Below, one piece after another: positions 1 through 9,906 of a stretch of DNA of 64,000 nt; positions within the stretch are counted from its first letter, which is position 1; each line of letters starts with the position of its first letter. The stretch is from IMG/VR virus record IMGVR_UViG_3300020073_000092; one strand, given 5' to 3'. The notes below the pieces were generated by a model. That model made no database searches. It was not told the origin of the DNA and saw only the letters and a program-made list of their open reading frames with translations. Source of the stretch: an uncultured virus (IMG/VR IMGVR_UViG_3300020073_000092) (lineage: Duplodnaviria; Heunggongvirae; Uroviricota; Caudoviricetes). Made by a program: the position numbers and the translations under genes.

Positions 1-1881
1 ATGACAACTTTGGAACAAGCCTATGAAGAATATAAAAAGAATAAATTGAGTCGAAAAAGTTGGTTATGTATGGCGGAATCTTTATTGGCTGAAGGGCGTA
101 GAGAAGAAGCGGTATTATTTGCGTCTTTATTGCACCGTAATGGGGGCAATATTTCATCACTATCAAGTCTTACCGAAAAAGATTTTTATGGTACTGAGCG
201 TGGTCGTGACTTTTTTCGCTTGGCCTTGATGAATGTAAGTCATACACCCTTGACTATCGATATATATGATGATGCAGGACAGAACGTAGGATTGCATTAT
301 CGGTCTTGTGTGGGAAATTTTTTGCCCGGAGAATATGATTCAGATAATATGTATCGCTACTATTGCGGTGTATATAATGAAGGTGATTTTATTAATGAGG
401 GATTTAAGCGCTTAAAAGCTTTGGATAGAGCAAAAGAGTTTAGTCCTTATCGTTATGATAATATTCCCTTTGATGTTATGCGAGCCCAAAGCGGCAATGT
501 ATATCAGGCTGATTTTGGCCAGCAGACTGTTGTCTTGCCGTTAGCAGCCACAGGCCCTTCGCAGCGCCTTTGTCTTAGCGATGGAAAAATGGAACAATCA
601 ATGGTATTGGGGCAATACGAGTTTCGTATGGTGCGCGTGAAAGGAAAAATAAAAATAACTTCTGATGGAGATTTCCTGTGGGGCGAGCCAATTGTTTTGC
701 GACATGATTCCAAAAGACACAGGCTGGTGCTGAACATCCTTTTGGATAGTCTTAGTTGGGCAGCTGTAAGAGAGGATCATTATAAAGATGTTCCGCATCT
801 AAAGAAATTTTTTGAACAGGGCTTGATTTTTGATGAGGCTTATAGTCCGGCAGAATATACATTTCCTTCACTTAATGCAATGAGTACAGGAAAATATATG
901 CATCACTCGGGCATTATTGATGAAGGGATTTATGCACCTTGTGAAGCGCAGACCGAAACCCTTTCGGCACAGATGAAGGCACAGGGGTATTATTGCGTTA
1001 ATATTATGGGGGATGGACGCGGGTTGATGACAGGAGCAATGCGCGGCTTTGACCGACTAATTATTAATCCTTATTTAGAAAATTATACGAATATTGGTGT
1101 ACGGAGAACGATTGACCATCTGGAAGCTTTTAATGAATGTGATAACTATGTTTTCTTACATATATCAGACCCCCATCCCTTTAGCAATACTATCCCTGTA
1201 TCCTTGCCAACCCAGACGAAAACGCCTTGGCAGGAGATGAGTTTTGCCGATTCTCCAAGAGAGGCGGCATTGCGGCTTACTAGTACAGATTTCTTTAAGG
1301 CGGATAACCGCTATATGATTAGACGTATGGATGAAGAATTAGGGAGACTGTTTAGATATATTGAAGATAATTATGGAGAGGATGAATATATCGTTAATGT
1401 TTTTTCTGACCATGGGGTATCGATATATACGGATGAACAATACTTCTTTAAGGATACGCAATGTCATGTGGCACTTATGTGTCGTGGCGCGGGAATCCCC
1501 ATGGGAAAACACAGTCAGGAATTAGTTAATGGAATTGACCTATATGCTATTATGGCCAGGGAATGTGGCTTTATGCAGTTGTTATCCAGTACGGATGCCA
1601 ATTTGCCAGCTGCTTTTGGTGGTCAGGAAAGGGAGATAATTTATAGTAATTCAATCTTTCCTGGACAAACATATAAGCTTTGTATGAGAACCAGGGATTA
1701 TGAGTGTCGTTTGGAAACAAAGGCAGTAGTTTCATTAGAAGGTAGAATAAATATAGATGACTTTACGATGCAGGTTTATACTCGCGGAAAAGAACACAGT
1801 ATAGTGGAAGATTCGTATATAAAAAACTATTTTATTGATAAGGCTGCGGAATTTTTAGTTGGTTTGGTCGAAGAAATTTGA
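1..1881 (+). CDS. Alkaline-phosphatase/sulfatase-superfamily protein (sulfatase-like hydrolase/transferase); start may lie upstream of the window
   Basis: Metal-ligand motifs ILLDSL and FSDHG; SPAEYTFPS has Thr at the nucleophile position; paralog of the next gene. Confidence 0.75.
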   Translation: MTTLEQAYEEYKKNKLSRKSWLCMAESLLAEGRREEAVLFASLLHRNGGNISSLSSLTEKDFYGTERGRDFFRLALMNVSHTPLTIDIYDDAGQNVGLHYRSCVGNFLPGEYDSDNMYRYYCGVYNEGDFINEGFKRLKALDRAKEFSPYRYDNIPFDVMRAQSGNVYQADFGQQTVVLPLAATGPSQRLCLSDGKMEQSMVLGQYEFRMVRVKGKIKITSDGDFLWGEPIVLRHDSKRHRLVLNILLDSLSWAAVREDHYKDVPHLKKFFEQGLIFDEAYSPAEYTFPSLNAMSTGKYMHHSGIIDEGIYAPCEAQTETLSAQMKAQGYYCVNIMGDGRGLMTGAMRGFDRLIINPYLENYTNIGVRRTIDHLEAFNECDNYVFLHISDPHPFSNTIPVSLPTQTKTPWQEMSFADSPREAALRLTSTDFFKADNRYMIRRMDEELGRLFRYIEDNYGEDEYIVNVFSDHGVSIYTDEQYFFKDTQCHVALMCRGAGIPMGKHSQELVNGIDLYAIMARECGFMQLLSSTDANLPAAFGGQEREIIYSNSIFPGQTYKLCMRTRDYECRLETKAVVSLEGRINIDDFTMQVYTRGKEHSIVEDSYIKNYFIDKAAEFLVGLVEEI

Positions 1882-1896
1882 CTAGGAGGCGAGCTT

Positions 1897-4008
1897 GTGA
1901 AAAAATCATTGCGGGAACAGAATCGTGAATTATTTCATAAGCTATGGGCTCATTGTGAAAAAAATGACTTTACGGATGAGTATTTACAATTGCTGATTGA
2001 ATTTTGGCAATTGTTGCCAGAAAATGAGACAGAAGGCAATATTTTTTATGCTCTTTATGCTAAAGCGCATAAAAATTATCAAGTGGCTTTGGAATATGCA
2101 TTGAAAGCTTATGCTAAGCGCAAAATAAACTGGACACTTTGGTGTATCTTACGGGATTGCTATTATGCTTTGGGGAATATTGAACTGGCGGCAATCTTTG
2201 CTGCTAAGGCAGATAAATTTTATAATGAGCCGGTGACGCTTAACATTCCCAAGAATCGATTAGCTTCTGCTATGGATGCTTTGTCATTAGGTATGGGGCG
2301 GGGAATTTATGCGCCTACGGCCTATACAAGAATGCGTTATACGCCACAGGGGATGAAAGGAGATAGGGCAATTTTTGCAGGAGAATTTCTACCGAATTTT
2401 TCCAATAATGGAGAATATCGCTTGTTTTCTGCTGCGTATGTAGAAACAGAACTTCAGGATGACAAAGGTAAATTATTGGACTTTATCAAGGATAATGGAG
2501 AAATGTCATTTATAAGCGGTGGAGATTTTACCTATGATTTAATTAAGGTAGCAGATAAGGGACAAAAATGTTTGGTTAATGTGAATGAGGCGCCGGTTAT
2601 TGTTGGTTTGGTAGGTAAGAATGTTCATCAACAAGTAGATTTCTCCAGTCAAGGTGGCAGTGCCATATCTTATTTGGGAAAATGGGCAAATAGTTTCTTT
2701 CGTTTAGAGGAAACAACGGAAATATCTTCGCAAGAAGGTTTGCTCTGTACAGCGCCCATTCTTCTAAAGCATAGCGCAAAACGCTGTAAAGCGGTGATAA
2801 ATGTTTTGTTGGATGGCCTTTGTTGGCGTGCTATTCAAGACAAAAAATATGAAATGGTGCCCAATTTATTGCGCTTCTTTCAACAAGGGGTAATATTTAA
2901 CAATCATTATTCTGTGTCAGAATATACATATCCATCTCTGGCGACGATTGAAACTGGTCTTTATCCTTATAATTCGCAGATTTTTAATGATAAGGCTTAT
3001 CATACGTTGAATGTGGAATATAAGAGCATTTCAGAGCGAATGCATGAGCTTGGTTATTATTGCGTAAATATTATGGGAGATAGCGCAGGTAGCTATAATG
3101 GTACCATGAGAGGGTATGACAGATTGATTGTGAACTGTTGTGGTGGCACGCCGCTGCATATCGGTGTTGAGAGAACGATTAACCATTTGGATGCATTTTC
3201 TGAAACGGATCAATTTATCTTTTTGCATGTAGGTAATTCTCATCTTTGGTCGGCGCATAATTATCAGTTACCATTAAATACACAGACGAAGCTGAATATT
3301 TGGCAGCGTTCGTTAAAAGAAGAAGAAGAAAAGACCAGTGTTCACCTGGAAAAAAGAGATATATACCTCCATTGGAACCAAGAGGGCATTAAAGCTTGTG
3401 ATACACATATGGCAAGGCTTTTTCAATATATACGGGAGCACTATGCGGAAGATGAATATCTACTGACGGTTTATTCAGATCATGGCAGTCCTATTTATGG
3501 TAATTCTCCTCATCTCCTTAGTGAGTATCAAAATAGTGCGGCCTTTATGATGCGGGGGCGTAATGTTCCTCAATTAGGTTTTGTCGATGAATTGACTAGT
3601 GCGGTGGATATTTATCCGGCTTTAGGAAGATGTTTGGGATTTGAAGCCGTTAATATAGATGGTAATTTACCAATAGCTTTGGGCGGGACGGAACGAGATT
3701 ATGTAGTTAGTATGTCCATGTATCCACCAACTCCCTATGCGATTTGCGTTCGAACGAAAGAACATGAATGTCAGGCAATAACAACAGGGTGTTTGGATGA
3801 AGATGGTCGTACAGATTTAACTGGTATGAATATAGATATTTTTCAGCGACCTGACGGAGAAAAAATGGAAAGTCATGAGTTAAGGGCTTATTTTGAGCAT
3901 ATTATACAACAGGAAACAAAGGCAATTGACAACTGTGGTACACAGTGGCCAAATATGAGGGAGGCAAGGCTGGCGTGGTTTGAGGAGGAATCAAAACATG
4001 GAAAATAA
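1897..4008 (+). CDS. Sulfatase-like hydrolase/transferase with N-terminal TPR-like helices
   Basis: VLLDGL, SVSEYTYPS and YSDHG motifs; AGGAGG RBS before GTG. Confidence 0.75.
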   Translation: MKKSLREQNRELFHKLWAHCEKNDFTDEYLQLLIEFWQLLPENETEGNIFYALYAKAHKNYQVALEYALKAYAKRKINWTLWCILRDCYYALGNIELAAIFAAKADKFYNEPVTLNIPKNRLASAMDALSLGMGRGIYAPTAYTRMRYTPQGMKGDRAIFAGEFLPNFSNNGEYRLFSAAYVETELQDDKGKLLDFIKDNGEMSFISGGDFTYDLIKVADKGQKCLVNVNEAPVIVGLVGKNVHQQVDFSSQGGSAISYLGKWANSFFRLEETTEISSQEGLLCTAPILLKHSAKRCKAVINVLLDGLCWRAIQDKKYEMVPNLLRFFQQGVIFNNHYSVSEYTYPSLATIETGLYPYNSQIFNDKAYHTLNVEYKSISERMHELGYYCVNIMGDSAGSYNGTMRGYDRLIVNCCGGTPLHIGVERTINHLDAFSETDQFIFLHVGNSHLWSAHNYQLPLNTQTKLNIWQRSLKEEEEKTSVHLEKRDIYLHWNQEGIKACDTHMARLFQYIREHYAEDEYLLTVYSDHGSPIYGNSPHLLSEYQNSAAFMMRGRNVPQLGFVDELTSAVDIYPALGRCLGFEAVNIDGNLPIALGGTERDYVVSMSMYPPTPYAICVRTKEHECQAITTGCLDEDGRTDLTGMNIDIFQRPDGEKMESHELRAYFEHIIQQETKAIDNCGTQWPNMREARLAWFEEESKHGK

Positions 4009-4711
4009 ATGGCATGAAATCTGGGAGAAGCGCTCTGCGAATCTGACCGGTATTGATAAAGCAGATTATCAGGCTGTTTTTGCAGAATTGAAACGTATTA
4101 ATGGTTTTGATATTACAGATGGTGGCATTCCTATAAAGGCGTTGATCGAACAATATGAAGATACGAAGATGAAAACAAAAGTAGAACAGGGGGGGACACT
4201 GTTTGAAGTAGGTTGTGGATGTGGGGCAAATCTTTACATGTTTCAGCATGATGGTGTACAAGTAGGAGGATTAGATTATTCTCAGGCACTTATCGATATT
4301 ATGCAGGAAATCATACCCAAAGACAATCTTAGAGAATGTATATGCGATGAGGCTATCAATATGCCTGTCGATATAAAATATGATGCAGTTCTATCCAATA
4401 GCGTCTTTTCCTATTTTCCGGGGGTTGGTTATGCAGAGCAGGTCTTGCTAAAAATGCTTGCCAAAGCCAATCATAGTATTGCTTTGCTTGATGTGCATGA
4501 TGCAGAGAAGAAAGAAGCGTTTATTGCCTATCGTGTAAAAAATACGGAGAATTACGAAGAACGCTATAAGGATTTACCCAAATTATTTTATCCTCGTAAA
4601 TTTTTTGAGGACTTTGCAGTAAAACATCAATTGCGGATAGAATTTTATCGGTCAAAAGTGGAAGGATACTGGAATAACGATTTTATTTACAATGTATATA
4701 TGTATAAGTGA
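3998..4711 (+). CDS. Class I SAM-dependent methyltransferase
   Basis: FEVGCGCG motif I, GLDYS; GAGGAGG RBS before ATG 3998. Confidence 0.85.
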   Translation: MENKWHEIWEKRSANLTGIDKADYQAVFAELKRINGFDITDGGIPIKALIEQYEDTKMKTKVEQGGTLFEVGCGCGANLYMFQHDGVQVGGLDYSQALIDIMQEIIPKDNLRECICDEAINMPVDIKYDAVLSNSVFSYFPGVGYAEQVLLKMLAKANHSIALLDVHDAEKKEAFIAYRVKNTENYEERYKDLPKLFYPRKFFEDFAVKHQLRIEFYRSKVEGYWNNDFIYNVYMYK

Positions 4712-4723
4712 TGAGGAAAGATT

Positions 4724-5440
4724 ATGATGAACGTGCAAAGAGCTGTTTTTTTGGCCGCAGGAAAAGGAACCCGTATGGCACCATTAACAGATACGCTGCC
4801 AAAACCTTTAGTAAAGGTCCATGGGAAGCCGATTATAGCAACACTTCTTGATGCGGTTGTGATGGCTGGGATTGAAGAAATATATATTGTTCGTGGCTAT
4901 TTAGGAGAAAAATTCAACTGCTTATTGCAGGCTTATCCGCAAATCAATTTTATTGACAATCCTGATTATGAAAAAGCCAATAATATTTCCTCGATAGTAG
5001 CGGCAGCAGACTATTTGGCTAATGCCTATATCATTGAAAGTGACCTGTTGCTTAGTAATCCGGCTCTGATAACGGCACAGCAGACTTATAGTAATTATTT
5101 GGCTATATACAAGGACAAAACGGATGATTGGTGTTTCTACACGGATGAAACGGGAAAAATTAAACAAATGGCTGTGGGAGGCACACACTGTCAGCAGATG
5201 GTGGGGATATCTTATTGGACGGAATCTGATGGTGTTAAATTAGCACAACGAGCCAAGGAACTGTATGCGGATGCTGCGAATCATCAGTTGTATTGGGATG
5301 AGGTGGCATTATCCTGTTTTTTGCCTGACTTTGCTATAAAAACAAGATTGTGTCAACAAGAAGATATTATTGAAATTGATACATTGGCCGAATTACAGGC
5401 ATTAGATAGCAGTTATCAAAGTCTTTCTATGGGGGAGTGA
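4724..5440 (+). CDS. LicC/PntC-like cytidylyltransferase (phosphocholine or phosphonate activating)
   Basis: LAAGKGTRM...PKPL and EIDT motifs; lies near AEP genes. Confidence 0.8.
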   Translation: MMNVQRAVFLAAGKGTRMAPLTDTLPKPLVKVHGKPIIATLLDAVVMAGIEEIYIVRGYLGEKFNCLLQAYPQINFIDNPDYEKANNISSIVAAADYLANAYIIESDLLLSNPALITAQQTYSNYLAIYKDKTDDWCFYTDETGKIKQMAVGGTHCQQMVGISYWTESDGVKLAQRAKELYADAANHQLYWDEVALSCFLPDFAIKTRLCQQEDIIEIDTLAELQALDSSYQSLSMGE

Positions 5441-5472
5441 AAATTTAAGACTGTGGATGAGGTGTCGTAAAA

Positions 5473-7608
5473 TTGAAAGAAAAGAAACGGTTATATGTAC
5501 GAGAAGAAAAGAGCTGGGCGCAGGCATGTGCAAAAAAATACCTGTCAGAATCTTCGTTGCAAGTTATGGAAGTACCTCAGGGGATTATGTTACCGCCAGA
5601 TAATTGGAATTCGCAGACAGGAGAGTTTCAGGGAGGCGTTTGTGACAAAGATGGAAAATTCGTGGCCGGATTATTTCGTAATAAACCACCACAGGCAGGA
5701 TTTTATGGGGTTTCTTCTGCCTATGGGGTAAAAGATACTGATTTAAAATATGAAGATAAAGATGTAATTTTTGGTGGTGTTCTTATTGGTCACTTTGGTC
5801 ATTTTATATTGGAATGTCTAGGTCGTTTGTGGTATGTATTGCAACAAGATGAACCATATAAACCTTTAGTTTTTTTGAATGAGCTTGATATTTGTCCATG
5901 GTTTTGGGATTTTTTTGCAGTGCTTGGGATTGCGAGAGAACGTATTATAATATTGAAGAGTCCAACACAATTTAAATCGATAGTTGTGCCAGAAGAATCT
6001 GTGCATAGTTGGTACAATTATACGCAGGAGTACTTACTACCATATCGTTATATGGTAGAACAGGCGCAAAAGATCACGGAGAAAAAATCGCTGGGGAAAA
6101 AGATTTTTTTGACGCGGAATCGTTTAGTTGATAGTCAGACAAAATGTGTTAATGAAGACTTCTTTTGTCGCTTTTTTGCAAATCATGGCTTTGTCATGGT
6201 AGAGCTGGAAACATTTCCCTTGGCTGAGCAAATATCGATTGTTCATAATGCCGAGGAAATTGTTGCCATAATGGGGTCACTTACCCATTGGGCTTTATTT
6301 TGTCGTCCAGGGACGAAATTTACCATGTTGACACGTACTAGTAACGATGTTTTGGGTTCACAGTGTTTGCTTAATGAAGCGTCAAATGTGGATTGGTATA
6401 TCGTGGATACGGCCATGAATTTATTTTATGCTAATCGTGCTGTGGGGGTATGTTTGATTGGCCCAACTGTATTTTGGCAGGAGTATGTTAGGGATCACTA
6501 TGGTGTGTGGCAAGAAGATGATAGATGGAAGATTGCCTATCATGAATACCTGCGGGAATGGACAGATTATATGCTGCAGCCACAAAAATGGGAAATGGTA
6601 AAAGAATTTGAACCATTGGTCTTATTGACAAGCCTGAATAAAGCATTACATCAAAATGATGTGATGTTTGCAAAAGAAAATGATACGGAATCGATAAACT
6701 TTATTTGTGCAGATGCGGAAACGGCCTATTATTGGGATGAAAGTAAAAATGGCCTTTTTAGATTGAACTTGAATGATGGCGAAGTAAATATATGTTATCG
6801 CAGTTTGCTAAGGGAATATCCTGCTCCACAATACGGTATGTTGGCAAAGGTTGGTAGTTTTTTAGTATTGACACCAGAAAATGCTGAGGCTGTTTTAATT
6901 TATGACTTAGAAAATGAGAACGTTAAAACAATAACACTGCCAGCTCACTTGCCTAGAGGTAACTACCGTTATGCAGTTGTATATGGAAATTGGGTAATTA
7001 TGACTGGATACTGCCAAGGGACAATAATTGCCTGTGATCCACAAGCTGGTGAAATACGTTATTTATTAAATTTATCAGCAGAGAAATTGAAGGATGGCTG
7101 TGATAGCGTCACAACGATATTTGGCAAGCCTTGTTTAGTAGCAGATTTGTTATATGTACCTGTTATTGATACAAATCAAGTTTTGGAGCTTAACTTAGCG
7201 CAAGGTGGCTATAAGATTTATCATGTAGGGGCAAGGGAAGCTGCTTATGGTTTTGCTGCCGCTTATGCAGGTAATGTATGGCTAGCGCCTAGTCAAGGGG
7301 GGCCATTAGCGGTATGGAATCCGCCTACTGGCATAATGCAGATAATAGACCGTTTCCCCGCGGCGGTAAGTTTTAGCAAAGTAGAAGGAAATATCCGTTT
7401 TTTTACAGATGTAATTGCAGTGGGGGCTTATTTATGGTTATTCCCTTGGGGGGCAGACAAAATACTGCATGTAAATATGGAAAATGGTAATATTGAAATA
7501 GCCGCAATAGATGAGATATTTTCAAAGCCAAGTGTATCATGCGGATGTATTGCAAATGATAAATTGCTGCTTGGAATAGATGGAGAAATAAAGATATACA
7601 AAATATGA
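5473..7608 (+). CDS. GT61/DUF563-like glycosyltransferase with C-terminal beta-propeller-like region
   Basis: GHFGHFILE, IFLTR, EQISIVHNAEEIV..GS motifs; repeated beta-blade-like C-terminal segments. Confidence 0.65.
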   Translation: MKEKKRLYVREEKSWAQACAKKYLSESSLQVMEVPQGIMLPPDNWNSQTGEFQGGVCDKDGKFVAGLFRNKPPQAGFYGVSSAYGVKDTDLKYEDKDVIFGGVLIGHFGHFILECLGRLWYVLQQDEPYKPLVFLNELDICPWFWDFFAVLGIARERIIILKSPTQFKSIVVPEESVHSWYNYTQEYLLPYRYMVEQAQKITEKKSLGKKIFLTRNRLVDSQTKCVNEDFFCRFFANHGFVMVELETFPLAEQISIVHNAEEIVAIMGSLTHWALFCRPGTKFTMLTRTSNDVLGSQCLLNEASNVDWYIVDTAMNLFYANRAVGVCLIGPTVFWQEYVRDHYGVWQEDDRWKIAYHEYLREWTDYMLQPQKWEMVKEFEPLVLLTSLNKALHQNDVMFAKENDTESINFICADAETAYYWDESKNGLFRLNLNDGEVNICYRSLLREYPAPQYGMLAKVGSFLVLTPENAEAVLIYDLENENVKTITLPAHLPRGNYRYAVVYGNWVIMTGYCQGTIIACDPQAGEIRYLLNLSAEKLKDGCDSVTTIFGKPCLVADLLYVPVIDTNQVLELNLAQGGYKIYHVGAREAAYGFAAAYAGNVWLAPSQGGPLAVWNPPTGIMQIIDRFPAAVSFSKVEGNIRFFTDVIAVGAYLWLFPWGADKILHVNMENGNIEIAAIDEIFSKPSVSCGCIANDKLLLGIDGEIKIYKI

Positions 7609-7620
7609 GGTGACAAGTTT

Positions 7621-8727
7621 ATGAAGCGTAATATACTGCTAAATCCCGGTCCTGCCACAACAACGGATACAGTAAAGCAGGCACAAGTAGTGCCGGATAT
7701 TTGCCCACGGGAAAAAGAGTTTGGGCAGGTTATGGAAAATATTTCTGCAGGTTTACTAAAAATAGTTCATGCTGATCAAAAAAAATATGCCGCAGTTTTG
7801 TTTTGTGGCTCTGGGACTTTGTGTATGGATGTGTGTGTGAATTCGTTGGTACCGCAGGAAAAGAAAATTTTGTTTGTCAATAATGGCGCGTATTCAGCAC
7901 GGGCTGTGGACATTGCTAAGGCGTATGGTTTGGATTATATAGACTTGGCATTTCCCGTAGATGGTTTGCCGGATTTAGATGCGGTTGAGGCAGCGTTGGC
8001 TGCTGATGAGAATATAGCTGTGGTTTATACTACGCATCAAGAAACAGGGACGGGAATACTAAATCCTATTCGAGAAATTGGCGCACTGGCGCATAAGCAT
8101 GGCGCTGTATTCGTGGTTGATACCACATCAACCTTGGCTATGTTGCCAATAGATATTGAGCAGGAAAATATTGATTTTTGTATGGCTTCAGCACAAAAGG
8201 GCATACAGGCAATGACAGGGCTTTCCTTTGTTATCGGACGTACAGATATTATTGAGGCTTCTAAGGATTATCCTTTGCGCTCTTATTATTGTAATCTTTT
8301 TATGCAATATGATTATTTCCGTCAAAATGGACAAATGCATTTTACTCCGCCCGTACAGACCATTTACTCTGTACAACAGGCTTTGCAGGAATACTTTGCT
8401 GAGGGAGAACAAGCCAAGTGGCAGCGTCATCAGGCAGCGATGGCAGAAGTACACGCAGAACTAAAAAAAATGGGTTTTCGGGAAGTTATTCCCCGTGAAA
8501 TTCAATCCGGTTTGGTGGTGGCTGTGGCTTATCCGGAAACTGCTAACTGGGACTTTGATAGAGTTCATGATTATTGCTACGAGAAAGGATTTACTATTTA
8601 TCCGGGGAAAATGCAAAATAAGGGGACATTTCGTTTGTGCGTACTAGGTGCAATCAATGCAGAAGATATAAAGGCCTTTTTCAACGTATTTCGTCAAGCG
8701 TGTTCTATTGAGAATGAAAATCTATAA
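7621..8727 (+). CDS. aepZ: 2-aminoethylphosphonate aminotransferase (PhnW/AepZ family)
   Basis: LLNPGPATT, HQETGTG, SAQKG (PLP Lys), FTPP, GFTIYPGK. Confidence 0.9.
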   Translation: MKRNILLNPGPATTTDTVKQAQVVPDICPREKEFGQVMENISAGLLKIVHADQKKYAAVLFCGSGTLCMDVCVNSLVPQEKKILFVNNGAYSARAVDIAKAYGLDYIDLAFPVDGLPDLDAVEAALAADENIAVVYTTHQETGTGILNPIREIGALAHKHGAVFVVDTTSTLAMLPIDIEQENIDFCMASAQKGIQAMTGLSFVIGRTDIIEASKDYPLRSYYCNLFMQYDYFRQNGQMHFTPPVQTIYSVQQALQEYFAEGEQAKWQRHQAAMAEVHAELKKMGFREVIPREIQSGLVVAVAYPETANWDFDRVHDYCYEKGFTIYPGKMQNKGTFRLCVLGAINAEDIKAFFNVFRQACSIENENL

Positions 8728-8767
8728 TGGAATGGATGCATAATTTTATCGTCGTGAGGTGTAAATC

Positions 8768-9880
8768 ATGCAAATTCAAGATTTCATAAACATTTTAGGT
8801 GCCGAATTCTATACCGGTGTACCAGATTCATTGTTACGACCTTTATGTGATTATCTTTATACGAATTACGGCTTAGACAATAAACATCATGTGGTTGCTG
8901 CCAATGAGGGAAATGCTGCCGCTATTGGAGCAGGCTATCATCTGGCTACGGGAAATGTTCCCGTTATATATATGCAAAATAGTGGCGAAGGCAATATCAT
9001 AAACCCCTTGGCATCGCTTTTAAGTGAGGACGTTTATGGTATACCGGCATGGTTTATAATTGGCTGGCGTGGAGAACCAGGTATTCATGACGAACCACAA
9101 CATGTTCAGCAAGGCAAGGTTACACTATCGTTGTTGGAGACAATGGGGATGCCATATGTGGTTGTCGATAAAGAAATGACTATTGCTGAGCTAAAAAAAG
9201 GAATAGAACCTTTGCAACAATCGATAAAAGCGGGAGGGCAAGCGGCTTTGGTTATACGCAAGGGGGCATTGGAAAATGAATTTAAGGTAAAACATAACAA
9301 TGCTAATACGTTGACCAGAGAAGAAATTGTTCAAGCTGTTGCGAAGGCTGCTGCTGATAGTCCGATAATTTCAACTACGGGCAAAGCTAGTCGAGAACTT
9401 TTTGAATATCGAGAAAACACCAGGCAGGGACATGCCTATGATTTTCTCACCGTAGGGTCAATGGGACACAGCTCATCTATTGCATTAGGCGTAGCCATGC
9501 AAAAAGAGGAACAGGAAGTTTGGTGCATCGATGGCGATGGAGCTGCTCTGATGCATATGGGAGCCATGGCCGTTATCGGCTGTGTACATCCGAAAAATCT
9601 TATTCATGTCATCATTGATAATGCAGCCCACGAATCCGTAGGTGGTATGCCTACTGCTGCTAGAAAGATTGATTTTAAGAAAATAGCTGAAGGATGTGGC
9701 TATGACAAAATATATCAGGTAGCCACGGAAGATGAGCTGAATATAGCCCTGACTAAACTTAGGCAAGGTAATGGTCTGCGACTTTTGATAGCCAAAGCGG
9801 CCATAGGCGCAAGAGTAGATTTAGGGAGGCCAACCAGCACGCCGAAGTCTAATAAAGTGGAGTTTATGAAAAATTTATAA
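8768..9880 (+). CDS. aepY: Phosphonopyruvate decarboxylase
   Basis: FYTGVPDS, AANEG, DEPQH, VGSMGHSS, ThDP motif DGDG...N, GRP. Confidence 0.95.
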   Translation: MQIQDFINILGAEFYTGVPDSLLRPLCDYLYTNYGLDNKHHVVAANEGNAAAIGAGYHLATGNVPVIYMQNSGEGNIINPLASLLSEDVYGIPAWFIIGWRGEPGIHDEPQHVQQGKVTLSLLETMGMPYVVVDKEMTIAELKKGIEPLQQSIKAGGQAALVIRKGALENEFKVKHNNANTLTREEIVQAVAKAAADSPIISTTGKASRELFEYRENTRQGHAYDFLTVGSMGHSSSIALGVAMQKEEQEVWCIDGDGAALMHMGAMAVIGCVHPKNLIHVIIDNAAHESVGGMPTAARKIDFKKIAEGCGYDKIYQVATEDELNIALTKLRQGNGLRLLIAKAAIGARVDLGRPTSTPKSNKVEFMKNL

Positions 9881-9906
9881 CCGTCATAGCTGATAAGGAC
9901 AGGAAT

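Noticed and set aside
7621..8727. Catabolic phnW
   Set aside because: Adjacent to phosphonopyruvate decarboxylase with no phnX or transporter, so a biosynthetic role is more likely
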